The position numbers and the translations under genes were made by a program. From positions 37,981-101,980 of the forward strand of contig JBGQNO010000001.1 in NCBI GenBank assembly GCA_041501125.1: a stretch of 64,000 bases of DNA, in the 5' to 3' direction. The number at the start of each line of letters is the position of its first letter. Position 1 is the first letter of the stretch. This stretch comes from Candidatus Nanoarchaeia archaeon (GTDB lineage: Archaea > Nanobdellota > Nanobdellia > Pacearchaeales > GW2011-AR1). Below the pieces are notes generated by a model. The model did no database searches, had not been told where the DNA came from, and saw nothing but the letters and a program-made list of their open reading frames with translations. Below, one piece after another: positions 54,233 through 64,000 of this stretch.

Positions 54233-55369
54233 ATGGAAAGTTTTGCAACGAATTTAGCGACATTGTTTAGAAGACTTGGTGTAATGGCAGATTATATAGC
54301 CTGGCTTCTGCTTGACCCAAGCAAATTTACTATAATAAAAAAAGAAAAAATCAAAAAAGTCTTGGTTATTCATCTGGGTGCTATTGGAGAAGTCATTATC
54401 TCAACCCCGATTATTCCTGCTTTGAAAAAATCATTGAAAGCACAAATAGTATACATGGTTTCCCCTGGCAAGGAAGTTCTTTTTGAAAATAATCCTTATA
54501 TAGACAAGGTTTTGACTTATCAGGACAATTTCTGGAAAAATATTGATGCCTTGAAAAAAGAAAAATTTGACATTGTGTTTATTATTTATCCAAGCTCCCA
54601 GAAACTGGCTCTTGAATGTCTTTTAGCTGGAATAAAATACAGGATTGGAGGATTTAAGGCAGTAAAATCTCCACTTAACCTGCTTCTGACAAGAAAAATG
54701 CTTGACTTCAGGAAAAAACACGCTGTTCACTGCAATCTTGATGTTATAAGAACTATAGGCATTGACAACAAAAATCCAGAGCTTGAACTGCATATTCCAG
54801 ACATTTACAACAGGAAAATCAATAATCTGCTGAAACAGCTTAAGATAAAAGAATTTGTAATTATCCATCAGGGTTCAAGTTTCCTGGGCAAATTGAAATA
54901 TCCGTCAAGGCTTTGGCCATTGGACAGATATGCAAAAGTTGCAGACTTTATTTCTAAAAATTATAATGTCAAAATCCTGATTACAGGCGCTCCTGGAGAA
55001 ACGCCATTTACAAACGAATTAATAAAGCAAATAAAAGATAAAAGAAATGTCATTAACCTTTCAGAGAAGCTGAATCTTGGAGATATGATGGCTCTTGTTT
55101 CCAGGGCAAAACTATTGATTGCACCAAGCACAGGCATTGCTCATATTGCAGCAGCCTTAGGAACTCCGATGGTTCATTTGTCAGGTCCGGACGGTTATCA
55201 CTGGCAGCCATGGGCCAAGAAAGGCAAGTGCATTGCAATACAGCACCTTGAAGTATGCACAGGATGCAACACTATAATCTGCAGAAAGAAAAATACAGAA
55301 TGTTTAAAAGCCATAACTGTCAGCGATGTAACCCAGGCAGCAAAGCATTTCCTGGGGAAAATTAAGTAA
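54233..55369 (+). CDS. GT9 heptosyltransferase-like glycosyltransferase
   Basis: GAIGEVIISTP, RLWP, STGIAHIAAALGTP, C-terminal CxxC...C...CL. Confidence 0.88.
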   Translation: MESFATNLATLFRRLGVMADYIAWLLLDPSKFTIIKKEKIKKVLVIHLGAIGEVIISTPIIPALKKSLKAQIVYMVSPGKEVLFENNPYIDKVLTYQDNFWKNIDALKKEKFDIVFIIYPSSQKLALECLLAGIKYRIGGFKAVKSPLNLLLTRKMLDFRKKHAVHCNLDVIRTIGIDNKNPELELHIPDIYNRKINNLLKQLKIKEFVIIHQGSSFLGKLKYPSRLWPLDRYAKVADFISKNYNVKILITGAPGETPFTNELIKQIKDKRNVINLSEKLNLGDMMALVSRAKLLIAPSTGIAHIAAALGTPMVHLSGPDGYHWQPWAKKGKCIAIQHLEVCTGCNTIICRKKNTECLKAITVSDVTQAAKHFLGKIK

Positions 55370-55415
55370 TTCTTGATTACAATAATCTTTATAAATTTCC
55401 AGCGTAAGCTAGAGT

Positions 55416-56906
55416 ATGGCTAAGAAAATTCTTTTGGGCGCAGAATATTCAGTTTTAGAGCCCCTGGCATTGTTCTATCTTTCAGCAGTCGCCAAATCTG
55501 AAGGAGTTGAGTCTAAAATTGTTTTTGGCAGAGGCCCTCAATATCCAGAATGGAGAGAAGCTTTAAGCACATTCCAGCCTGATTTTCTAGGACTAAGTGT
55601 CTATACCGGACACCATGCTGCAATCAAAAAATTCTTAAAAGACGTCGTCAAGCCAAAATATCCAACTCTTGAAGTAATTGTTGGAGGCCCTCATGCAACC
55701 TTCTTTCCAAGACAGGTTTTAGATTTTGCAGATTACGTTGTTGTAGGAGAGGGATTTGGTTCATTAAGAAAAATTTTGAAAGGTGAAGCTCCAAAAGGGA
55801 TACTTCTCCCACTGGATAAGGAACAGTTTCCAAAGTCTGACAGGGATGATTTTTACAAAGAATACCCGGAGCATCTTAAAAATAGAATCAAGAATGTTAT
55901 AGCTGGAACAGGCTGCCCATACATGTGTTCATATTGTTATAATAGTGCAAATTTTGACGAAAATCCTGACTTTGATGAATCACAGAAAAAACTTTTGCTT
56001 GAAAAATATCCTCATAAAAGGTTCTTTCCCTTGGAGCAAAGGCCTGTTCAGGATTTTGTTGATGAAATTTCAGATGTCCTCAGATTATCTCCTGAGACAG
56101 AATTTTTTTATTTCCAGGATGATGTTTTTGGCAGTAACCTGGACTGGCTGAAAGAATTTGTTTCCAAAGCTTCTATAATGGACATATCTTTCCATGCAAA
56201 TACACGATTTGAACATATTGACCCAAGAAAGGATTCTGGAAAAGAAAGAATTGACTTGCTGAAAAAAGCAGGCTGTACAGGGTTTTCAATAGCTATAGAA
56301 TCAGCAGACCCTATTATTTGCAGGGAAGTTTTGTCAAGAAATCTCGACCATGATTTAGTATTTGCTTCAATGAATTATCTTCATGAGCACGGATTCAAAG
56401 TCAGAACCAATAATATGCTTGGACTGCCGCTTGGAGCAACTATGAATCCGACAAAAGTCAATCTTGAAGCAGACCTGGAAACTCTTGAGCTGAATGTCAA
56501 GTTATACAAAGAATTTGGCATTCCAACTTTCGCATGGGCTTCTACACTTGCACCTTATCCAGGAACGCATATTGACAGATACTGCAAAGAGCATGGTTTC
56601 TATGAGAATGTCTTTACAGATTTAACAGGAGAAGAAACCTACAGGATTAAAAGTGTTCTAAGGCATCCAAGAAAATGGGTTGGCTCGGAATTATCATCAA
56701 AAACACCTGAGGTATGGCTGTCCAATTATGAAGAGGAAATGTACAGGAATCAGATTAATACTTTAATGAACTTATTTCCGACTTTTGCGAAAATTCCTGA
56801 TGGGCATAAACTTGCCCGGGAATTTTTAGAACACGATAATCTTAATTTTGAAGTTCTTAATAAAGCATTCAGAACGCATGTATACAATAAAGAACTCTTT
56901 TTATAA
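55416..56906 (+). CDS. B12-binding radical SAM enzyme
   Basis: GGPHATF, GEG, GCPYMCSYC. Confidence 0.88.
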   Translation: MAKKILLGAEYSVLEPLALFYLSAVAKSEGVESKIVFGRGPQYPEWREALSTFQPDFLGLSVYTGHHAAIKKFLKDVVKPKYPTLEVIVGGPHATFFPRQVLDFADYVVVGEGFGSLRKILKGEAPKGILLPLDKEQFPKSDRDDFYKEYPEHLKNRIKNVIAGTGCPYMCSYCYNSANFDENPDFDESQKKLLLEKYPHKRFFPLEQRPVQDFVDEISDVLRLSPETEFFYFQDDVFGSNLDWLKEFVSKASIMDISFHANTRFEHIDPRKDSGKERIDLLKKAGCTGFSIAIESADPIICREVLSRNLDHDLVFASMNYLHEHGFKVRTNNMLGLPLGATMNPTKVNLEADLETLELNVKLYKEFGIPTFAWASTLAPYPGTHIDRYCKEHGFYENVFTDLTGEETYRIKSVLRHPRKWVGSELSSKTPEVWLSNYEEEMYRNQINTLMNLFPTFAKIPDGHKLAREFLEHDNLNFEVLNKAFRTHVYNKELFL

Positions 56907-56943
56907 AATAAGGCTTATAAAGTCAAAAGTAACTTCTTAACTA

Positions 56944-58305
56944 ATGAAAATCAACCTTATCGTTCTTCCATTTGAAGAAAATGTCAAGTCACCGCCGATT
57001 TGTCTCGGTTATATAGCCTCGCTTTTAAAGAAAGACAGTAATGATATCAAAATCATAGACTTAAACTTTGAAACTCAGATTTCTCAGGCAGATTTGAATA
57101 TTGTAACTACAACAACAGTCGATTACTATAACTGCCCTTTATTGAATATGGATGTTATTGACAAATGGCTCTCTGTTATTTCCAAGATAAAAACACCCCT
57201 TGCAGTCATAGGTCCGCATGTTACAACAATGCCTGAATATTTTGAAAAATATGCCCAGTATCTTGTTGTAGGCGAGCCAGAACTCACAATAAAAGAACTG
57301 GTTGTTTCATTAACAGAAGGTAAGTCACTAAAAAATATAAAAGGACTTTATTATAAGCAAGGCAGGAAATTTATCAAGAATAAGTCCCGTGAATTGCTTC
57401 AAAATCTCGATAGTTTGCCTTTTCCAGACAGAAGTTTGATTGATAATTCTCGCTATGTTAATCCAGTATGCAAAAATCATCCTTACACGATGGTCATTTC
57501 AAGTAGAGGATGTCCATACCACTGCACATACTGTTATATGGATGTCTACGGGCATTTTTGGAGAGCAAGAAGCGCTAAAAATGTAGTTCAAGAATTAATA
57601 GAAATCAGAAGAAAGTATAATATAAAAGAAATTGTCTTTCGCGATGATTTATTCTCGCTTGACAAAAAGCGCGTTATAGAAATCTGCAATGGTATTGTAA
57701 AGAATAATCTTGATTTGACATGGACCTGCCAGACCCGGGTTGATTCTGTAGACGAAGAAATAATAAGCAAGATGAAAGAAGCCGGCTGTTACTCTATATC
57801 CTTTGGCATAGAAGCCGGCTTGCAAGAGATGATGAACCGGTTGAAAAAAGGAATTAAAGTCGAGCAGGTCAAGAAAGCAATCTTTCTCTGCAAGAAATAT
57901 GATGTAAGAACAAGAGGATATTTTATAATTGGCTGTCCAGGCGAGACAAAAGAATCAATTCAGCAGACACTTGAACTTGCCAAAGAGCTTGACTTGGACT
58001 ATTTTATGCTTAGTATACTAACACCATATCCTCAGACAGAAATTTATGAAGATGCTTTTAAGAAGCGAATTATTAAAAAACGAAGTTGGGATGAAGCGCT
58101 GAGATGCGCAGGCATTATTGAAACGCCTTTTACATTCAATGAACTTGTGAAAATGAAGCGTGATTTATATTTAAGATATTATTTCAGGCCAGGATACATA
58201 CTGCCAAGATTAGCGCCTGGAAAAATAGACATGCTTTACCATGGCTTCATGCCGTTTGTCAAAAACATGATGATAAGAAAATTCAGAGGCAAAAAACTGG
58301 ATTAA
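56944..58305 (+). CDS. B12-binding radical SAM enzyme
   Basis: GPHVT, GEPE, SRGCPYHCTYC, GIEAG. Confidence 0.9.
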   Translation: MKINLIVLPFEENVKSPPICLGYIASLLKKDSNDIKIIDLNFETQISQADLNIVTTTTVDYYNCPLLNMDVIDKWLSVISKIKTPLAVIGPHVTTMPEYFEKYAQYLVVGEPELTIKELVVSLTEGKSLKNIKGLYYKQGRKFIKNKSRELLQNLDSLPFPDRSLIDNSRYVNPVCKNHPYTMVISSRGCPYHCTYCYMDVYGHFWRARSAKNVVQELIEIRRKYNIKEIVFRDDLFSLDKKRVIEICNGIVKNNLDLTWTCQTRVDSVDEEIISKMKEAGCYSISFGIEAGLQEMMNRLKKGIKVEQVKKAIFLCKKYDVRTRGYFIIGCPGETKESIQQTLELAKELDLDYFMLSILTPYPQTEIYEDAFKKRIIKKRSWDEALRCAGIIETPFTFNELVKMKRDLYLRYYFRPGYILPRLAPGKIDMLYHGFMPFVKNMMIRKFRGKKLD

Positions 58306-59495
58306 TTCTTGACAAGTTTTCTGTACATGCTAAAAGTTTCCTTGGCAATCTCTCTCCACGAGAATTTCTTTTCTGCTGTTTTCCTTGCAATCTTGCCAAG
58401 TAAATCTCTTTTCTTTTCATTTCCCAGAAGACTCGTAAGCTGTTTTGCCAGTTCATCAGATTTAATTGGGTTAAAATACAGAATTTCTTTATTCTTGCCG
58501 AGTTCCATGTTTGGTGCAATGTTTGATGATATTATTGCAAGCCCAGACGCCATTGCTTCAAGCAGGACAAGAGGCAACCCTTCTGCAAAACTCGGAAGAA
58601 CAAAAATATCAGCAGCCCGGTAATATTCAGGCATTTTGATATTCTCAACACTTCCAATAAATTTGACATATTGCTGAAGATTGTTTTCATTGACAAAATT
58701 CATAATCTCCTCAAAATATTTTTTATCATCAATTTGCCCGATAAAAATGAATTTTACATTCTTGTCCTTGGACAAAACTTTTGGAATAGCTTTGATTATT
58801 GCCATCTGGTTCTTGATTCTTGAAATCCTTGCAACGCACAATACTATCTTTTCATCAGTCTTGGCAAGCATTTTCCTCACACCAGACTTGCCTGGATAAA
58901 ATTTGATTAAATCAACACCATTTGAAATATGAATAACTTTTTTGGAATCAACACCTGCGCGTTTTTCTATTGATTTTTTTAAGGTTTCAGACACTGCAAC
59001 GACCTCATCAGCATTTTTGAAGCATAGTCTTTCTACTGAAGTTTTCAGCCAGAATGTCTTTGGCAGCATCTCATTGGACAAAGTCCAGAATGGTGTGTGC
59101 AAAGTATAAACAAATTTGCTTTTGTAAAATAATCTGTTCATTAACGAGAGTGCAAAGCCAGTGTACTGGTTATGGCAGTGTATTATGTCAAATTTCTCCT
59201 TACACATCAAAGGAATGAAATTAACCAGTGTCTTGATTGTGTATAACATTCTTCTTGCCACATGTCTTAATGTGCCAGGTGTTGTGTATACATCAGGCCC
59301 CCATGCTTTTGGCATGTCAATATTATGGTAGATAACCCCGGATAATTTATCTCGGTTATTATCCTTAAAATCAAGGATATGAACCTCACAAAGCTTGCTA
59401 AGTTCCTTTGACAGGTTGTATGCTACAGATTCTGTTGCTGTAGCACTCTTGGCAGAAATTGAGGACATTCCAGTCCCGACTTGCAAGACTTTCAT
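58302..59495 (-). CDS. GT4 glycosyltransferase
   Basis: NGVD, PSFAEGLPLVLLEAMASG; ATG at 59495 (longer start overlaps the GT2 gene). Confidence 0.9.
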   Translation of the reverse strand: MKVLQVGTGMSSISAKSATATESVAYNLSKELSKLCEVHILDFKDNNRDKLSGVIYHNIDMPKAWGPDVYTTPGTLRHVARRMLYTIKTLVNFIPLMCKEKFDIIHCHNQYTGFALSLMNRLFYKSKFVYTLHTPFWTLSNEMLPKTFWLKTSVERLCFKNADEVVAVSETLKKSIEKRAGVDSKKVIHISNGVDLIKFYPGKSGVRKMLAKTDEKIVLCVARISRIKNQMAIIKAIPKVLSKDKNVKFIFIGQIDDKKYFEEIMNFVNENNLQQYVKFIGSVENIKMPEYYRAADIFVLPSFAEGLPLVLLEAMASGLAIISSNIAPNMELGKNKEILYFNPIKSDELAKQLTSLLGNEKKRDLLGKIARKTAEKKFSWREIAKETFSMYRKLVKN

Positions 59496-59547
59496 GACAT
59501 ACAGAAAAGAAAATAATTTATAAAGGTTGCCTGTTTGTCCGATTGCA

Positions 59548-60423
59548 ATGATAAGCGTAATCATAACATCATACAAAGAACCTGGAACCATAGGAAGAGC
59601 TATAGAATCAATTGCTGAACAGAAGCTTCTAGATACTGAAATTATAGTTGTAGCTCCAGATATGGAGACGCTGGCAGAAGCAGGCAAACTCCGGCAGAAG
59701 TATAAGAATTTGCGATTAATACAAGATGAGGGCAAAGGAAAGTCATCTGCACTCAACTTGGCAGTTTCAAAAGCAAAAGGAGACATTCTTGTGCTGACTG
59801 ATGGCGATGTTTACGTTGGCAATGACTCTATACTTCCACTTTTAACACCTTTTACTGACGGCAAGATAGGTGCTGTCTCTGGAAATCCAGTCTCATTAAA
59901 TCCCAAGGATAATAAATTTGGTTTCTGGGCGTATGTTCTGACGAAAGTAGCAGATGAAAGAAGAATTTATGCCTCTGAGCATAATCTCAGATTTTTCTGT
60001 TCAGGATATCTGTTTGCAATCAGAAAAAAACTTTTTCCAAATCTTCCAGAAGACTTGCTTTCAGAAGACGGATATATCTCGCATAAAGTCTATAAAGAAG
60101 GATTCGAAATCGCATATTCTTCAGAATCTAAGGTATTTGTGAAGTATCCTGATAACTTTGATGGTTGGATAAAGCAGAAGAAAAGAAGCGCCGGCGGTTA
60201 CAATCAGATTAAAAAAATGATAGGTGTGGAAATTCGTTCATTTAAAAAAGAATATTCGGGCGCGATTTCATTCTTCAAGTATTTTAAAGGTTTGAAAGAG
60301 CTGTTGTGGCTTTTTGAACTGTTCGCAGCCAGAGTTTATCTATGGATTATTATCTATCGGGATATAGATGTCAAAAATCAAAGCCATCATAAAATCTGGC
60401 AAAGAGTAGAAAGCACAAAATAA
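59548..60423 (+). CDS. GT2 glycosyltransferase
   Basis: ISVIITSYKE, GKSSALN, TDGD, SED, QKKRS. Confidence 0.9.
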   Translation: MISVIITSYKEPGTIGRAIESIAEQKLLDTEIIVVAPDMETLAEAGKLRQKYKNLRLIQDEGKGKSSALNLAVSKAKGDILVLTDGDVYVGNDSILPLLTPFTDGKIGAVSGNPVSLNPKDNKFGFWAYVLTKVADERRIYASEHNLRFFCSGYLFAIRKKLFPNLPEDLLSEDGYISHKVYKEGFEIAYSSESKVFVKYPDNFDGWIKQKKRSAGGYNQIKKMIGVEIRSFKKEYSGAISFFKYFKGLKELLWLFELFAARVYLWIIIYRDIDVKNQSHHKIWQRVESTK

Positions 60424-60464
60424 AGTATAGAAAAATCTTTATACCTCTCGATTGTCGTTTCGGC

Positions 60465-61856
60465 ATGAAGCACCAGAAAATTTTGTCTAAAGAAAAGCTT
60501 AAGCAGATTATTCGCAAGTATAAATCTAAGGGCAAGAAAGTTGTCTGGACAAACGGATGCTTTGACCTGATACACTCAGGACACGTAAGATACCTTAACT
60601 CAGCAAAAAAACTTGGTGATATCCTGATTGTTGGTTTGAATTCTGACAAATCTGTCAGACAATTAAAAGGTCCAGACAGACCGATTCAGCCGCAGGATCA
60701 AAGAGCAGAAGTTCTTGCAGCTTTGGATTCTGTAGATTATGTTACAATATTTAATGATACTAGAGTTACTAAAATTCTCAATTATCTTAAACCAGACGTT
60801 TTTGTAAAAGGCGGCGACTATACGCTCGAGAAAATGGATCAGAATGAGAGAAAAGTATTGGAAAGCTATGGAGCAAAGATAAGATTCATCCCAGTTGAAA
60901 TAAATACATCAACATCAAAGATGCTTGACAAAATTACCAGCTCAGAAACTAAAAAAGGAGTTAAAGAATTCCTGTCCAACCTTCCTGTCAAAATGCACTA
61001 TGACTACAAGGATTACAACGAGCAAAAATACGAGACTGGTTTCTGGAACATCAACCGCTCAAAATACAAATGGTTCCAGAATTATACAAAACTAAAGATT
61101 TTCAGCAAATGGATAAAGGCTTCTAAAGGCAAGTCAGTGTTCTTGGATGCAGGCGGCGGTGTTGGAAACTGGACATTTTATTTTCTTAAAGATTTCAAGA
61201 AGTGCATAGTTCTTGATATTTCAGAAAACGCTTTAGCGCAGATTCCAGAAAAAGAAATTGTTAAGCTGCACGGCTCAATTCTCAAAATCCCCTTGCCCGA
61301 TAATTCAGTAGACTGCATACTACTTGCAGATGTCTTTGAGCATATTTTTTTGAATGACCTGCCAAAGATGCTTCAGGAACTTGCAAGAATCCTGACAAAA
61401 GATGGCAGAATCATAATTTTTACATCAGAAAATGGATATGGCATTGATTTGATTTTTGATAACTTGTTTGGACAGATGCGCGGAGGATTGACACTGGCAG
61501 ATATAGAGTGCGGGCATGTTAATCGTTTGACACTGGATGAAAAAAGAAAACTCTTCGCACAAGCAGGCTTGAAGCTGGCAGATTATTATAACTACAGTAT
61601 CTTTTTTCAGCAGCTTACTGACTTTGTTAAAGACAGTTCAGCCAAAATCATAGGCAAGCTGTTTGCAAGAAACAAGAGTGAAGAATCCGGCCAGTTTTTG
61701 AAAGACAGGTTCAAAACCCAGAAAGAGCCAAGCATTGTCACAAGAGCATTATTTTCTATTCCAACATTAATTTCATATCTGGATATTTATCTTGGAAGAT
61801 TTATCCGAGGCTCATACATTTTTTTGCTCCTCGAAAAAAGCAATAAAAAGGAATAA
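60465..61856 (+). CDS. Fusion: HldE/RfaE-II-like nucleotidyltransferase + class I SAM methyltransferase
   Basis: TNGCFDLIHSGH, GLNSD.SV..LKGPDRP, KGGDY; then LDAGGGVG, DVFEH. Confidence 0.85.
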   Translation: MKHQKILSKEKLKQIIRKYKSKGKKVVWTNGCFDLIHSGHVRYLNSAKKLGDILIVGLNSDKSVRQLKGPDRPIQPQDQRAEVLAALDSVDYVTIFNDTRVTKILNYLKPDVFVKGGDYTLEKMDQNERKVLESYGAKIRFIPVEINTSTSKMLDKITSSETKKGVKEFLSNLPVKMHYDYKDYNEQKYETGFWNINRSKYKWFQNYTKLKIFSKWIKASKGKSVFLDAGGGVGNWTFYFLKDFKKCIVLDISENALAQIPEKEIVKLHGSILKIPLPDNSVDCILLADVFEHIFLNDLPKMLQELARILTKDGRIIIFTSENGYGIDLIFDNLFGQMRGGLTLADIECGHVNRLTLDEKRKLFAQAGLKLADYYNYSIFFQQLTDFVKDSSAKIIGKLFARNKSEESGQFLKDRFKTQKEPSIVTRALFSIPTLISYLDIYLGRFIRGSYIFLLLEKSNKKE

Positions 61857-61880
61857 AAACATCCATTTCTAGAAATAACC

Positions 61881-63476
61881 ATGCCAGAATCAGAGAAACT
61901 TGAAGATAAAAAGAAACAAAGATTGAAAGAATGGCTGTCTGACAGAAGCAATCTTGCACTTATTGGAATCATGATTTTTGCCTTTATAGTAAGGCTGTAT
62001 TATTATTTCTTGACAAAAAATCAGCCCATGTGGTGGGATGAATCAGGTTACATGGCAGCTGCCAAAAGTTATGCAGGCATCGGACACTACCAGCTCGAAA
62101 ACATCAGGCTTCCAGGATTTCCACTTCTAGCCTCAATATTTTTTAGGATAGGATTAACAAGCGAACCATTAATGAGGTTTGTTCTGTTGTTCATTCCATC
62201 AATAATCTTGATTTTCCTTACATACAAGATGATTAAAGAAATGTATCCTGACAAAAGAATAGCATTAATTTCAACGGCAATCATAACAGTCTTATGGGAG
62301 AATCTATTTTACAGCAACCGCTTCCAGACAGAGAATCTGGCAATTGTATTTGAATTCCTCGCAATATTTATTCTGTTCAAATCATATATTAAAAAAGAGA
62401 ATTCTTGGTTTATCTCGCCAAAATACTCTTTAGTATGGGTCACGTTACTTGCTTTTGTTTCAATACTTTTCAGGCCAGGAAACGTAATGTTCGTGCCGGC
62501 AGTCTTCCTTTTTGTAATTATACTGAATAAATCCATAATATTCAGTAAAAAAGGTTTAATTGCCTCAGCAATTTTAGTAGTTGCGGCAATCTTAGCAGTA
62601 ATTTTTATTCCTAAGATTGCCGGTGCGCTCATTAGCTATTACTACCATCCTGAAAGACCCCTGGCACTAAATGTCTTGTCAGTATTTTACGGATTTTATC
62701 AGTCATCAATATCCTGGCTTCCATCATTGTTCTTCTGGGCATTCCTTTTCGGTATATTCTTGTTAATCCTGGACTTTTCTATAAGCTTTGATAAATTCAA
62801 ACAGATTGCAGTTAATGGAGAAAATCTTGACTTTAAGTCAGATGTATTTAATATACTGCTTATTATCTCAATCCTTTTCATTTTTATATTCCTAATGAGA
62901 ACATATGACGGATTTGAGTACAGGTGGTTTTTCCCTCTTCTACCAGGCATGCTTGCATTTACAAGCAAAGGAGTTATAAGCTTCTCACAATATCTTGCCG
63001 GAGCATTTAAAAATAAGAAATTTGCAACCGCTCTGATAGTTATTATTGTTCTGCTTGGAGTTTGCACTCAACTAGTTCATGCTGATAACATCATTCGAGC
63101 AAAACTTGATTCATACTTGCAGGTTAAACAATCTGGCTTGTGGCTAAAAGAAAATTCAAATCCTAATGACATAATAGTCAGCGCATCTGTGCCGCAGCAT
63201 GCATATTATTCTGAACGGCAAATTGAAAATTTCTATGTTAACAATTCTAATGAGAATGAAACTGCATTTGACCAGAAACTTCTAGCACTTAAGCCGAAGT
63301 ATCTTGTTATCTCAGTCTTTGAGCCGGGTTTCCAGCCAGATTGGGCGCTTGCATGGCCTTCAGAACATAATCAAACAGCAACTCTGGTTCAGGCATATTA
63401 TCTGGATTCTGCAAAACAGCAGCTTGCGTTGATAATTTATGAACTGAAATATGGTCAAAACAATAGATTATTATGA
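61881..63476 (+). CDS. GT-C (ArnT/PMT-like) glycosyltransferase
   Basis: WWDESGY loop, RLPGFP, EYRW, multiple TM helices. Confidence 0.82.
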   Translation: MPESEKLEDKKKQRLKEWLSDRSNLALIGIMIFAFIVRLYYYFLTKNQPMWWDESGYMAAAKSYAGIGHYQLENIRLPGFPLLASIFFRIGLTSEPLMRFVLLFIPSIILIFLTYKMIKEMYPDKRIALISTAIITVLWENLFYSNRFQTENLAIVFEFLAIFILFKSYIKKENSWFISPKYSLVWVTLLAFVSILFRPGNVMFVPAVFLFVIILNKSIIFSKKGLIASAILVVAAILAVIFIPKIAGALISYYYHPERPLALNVLSVFYGFYQSSISWLPSLFFWAFLFGIFLLILDFSISFDKFKQIAVNGENLDFKSDVFNILLIISILFIFIFLMRTYDGFEYRWFFPLLPGMLAFTSKGVISFSQYLAGAFKNKKFATALIVIIVLLGVCTQLVHADNIIRAKLDSYLQVKQSGLWLKENSNPNDIIVSASVPQHAYYSERQIENFYVNNSNENETAFDQKLLALKPKYLVISVFEPGFQPDWALAWPSEHNQTATLVQAYYLDSAKQQLALIIYELKYGQNNRLL

Positions 63477-64000
63477 ACATTGGAACAAAGTTAGACAGAA
63501 AAGAAATTTTCTTCTAGACAGAGAAAAAGTTGCTTTGAAATTTATTTCTTCTATTTTAAAGCATGACAGTGTTTTATTGGATGCTGGTTGCGGCAGCGGC
63601 ATATTCATGGAGTTTCTCTCTAAAAAATTTCAAGATTTAAAACTTCAGGGTATTGACTTCTCAAAAACCGAAGTAAATGAAGCAAAACAAAAAGGATTTG
63701 ATGTAAAACAAGGAGACTTTGAAAAAGGCATTGCATTTAAGGACAAAGTTTTTGATATTGTGTATGCAGGCGAAATTATTGAGCATCTTTATAATCCGGA
63801 TTGTTTCCTTGCTGAACTAAACAGGATTTTGAAAAATCAAGGCTATCTTGTTCTCTCAACACCAAATTTATGTGTTTGGTATAACCGGATTTTAATGCTT
63901 CTAGGCATACAGCCGCTTTTCTTGGAGCCTTCAACAAAGTCAAAGTTAGTCGGCGCCGGGTTCTTGAAAAGATTCAAGAAAGAAAGCCAGCCTGTAGGAC
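63451..64000 (+). CDS. Class I SAM methyltransferase (runs off window)
   Basis: Manual translation MVKTIDYYEHW...LLDAGCGSG...GEIIEHL...LSTPN. Confidence 0.85.
   Translation, partial: MVKTIDYYEHWNKVRQKRNFLLDREKVALKFISSILKHDSVLLDAGCGSGIFMEFLSKKFQDLKLQGIDFSKTEVNEAKQKGFDVKQGDFEKGIAFKDKVFDIVYAGEIIEHLYNPDCFLAELNRILKNQGYLVLSTPNLCVWYNRILMLLGIQPLFLEPSTKSKLVGAGFLKRFKKESQPVG

Noticed and set aside
58302..59786. Long bidirectional overlap between the GT4 and GT2 genes
   Set aside because: Likely ATG starts at 59495 and 59548 leave a normal divergent promoter.
220..63067. Numerous short antisense or alternate-frame ORFs in the track
   Set aside because: Shadows of well-supported genes with no recognisable motifs.

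Overview
Chromosomal segment of an AT-rich DPANN archaeon. Gene content and reduced protein forms most resemble Pacearchaeota/Woesearchaeota (inference). 0-21 kb: housekeeping and replication genes (Dph6, DRG GTPase, surface protein, PolD DP2/DP1, Orc1/Cdc6 beside an oriC with two inverted ORBs, PRC-barrel, intron-containing tRNA-Ser, M29 peptidase, MPE, Prs, Lhr). 21-29 kb: an unexplained locus. It holds two convergent paralogous coiled-coil/winged-helix genes whose coding sequences carry DNA-level repeats, including two tandem ORB-like boxes and two 12-mers shared exactly with oriC. These are followed by a dif-like site and two Xer recombinases bracketing orphan and nuclease-fold genes. 29-39 kb: ribosomal protein/RNAP operon, an unusual tRNA-Leu(AAG), 5S rRNA, three more tRNAs, an Rpp21-like gene with an in-frame palindromic insertion, and SecF/SecD. 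39-64 kb: large surface-glycosylation locus (GT-C, GT2, GT4, two GT9, flippase, methyltransferases, three B12 radical SAM enzymes, an HldE-like/methyltransferase fusion, and a radical SAM/SPASM gene frameshifted at a G11 tract). All calls come from motifs read by eye; no searches were run.
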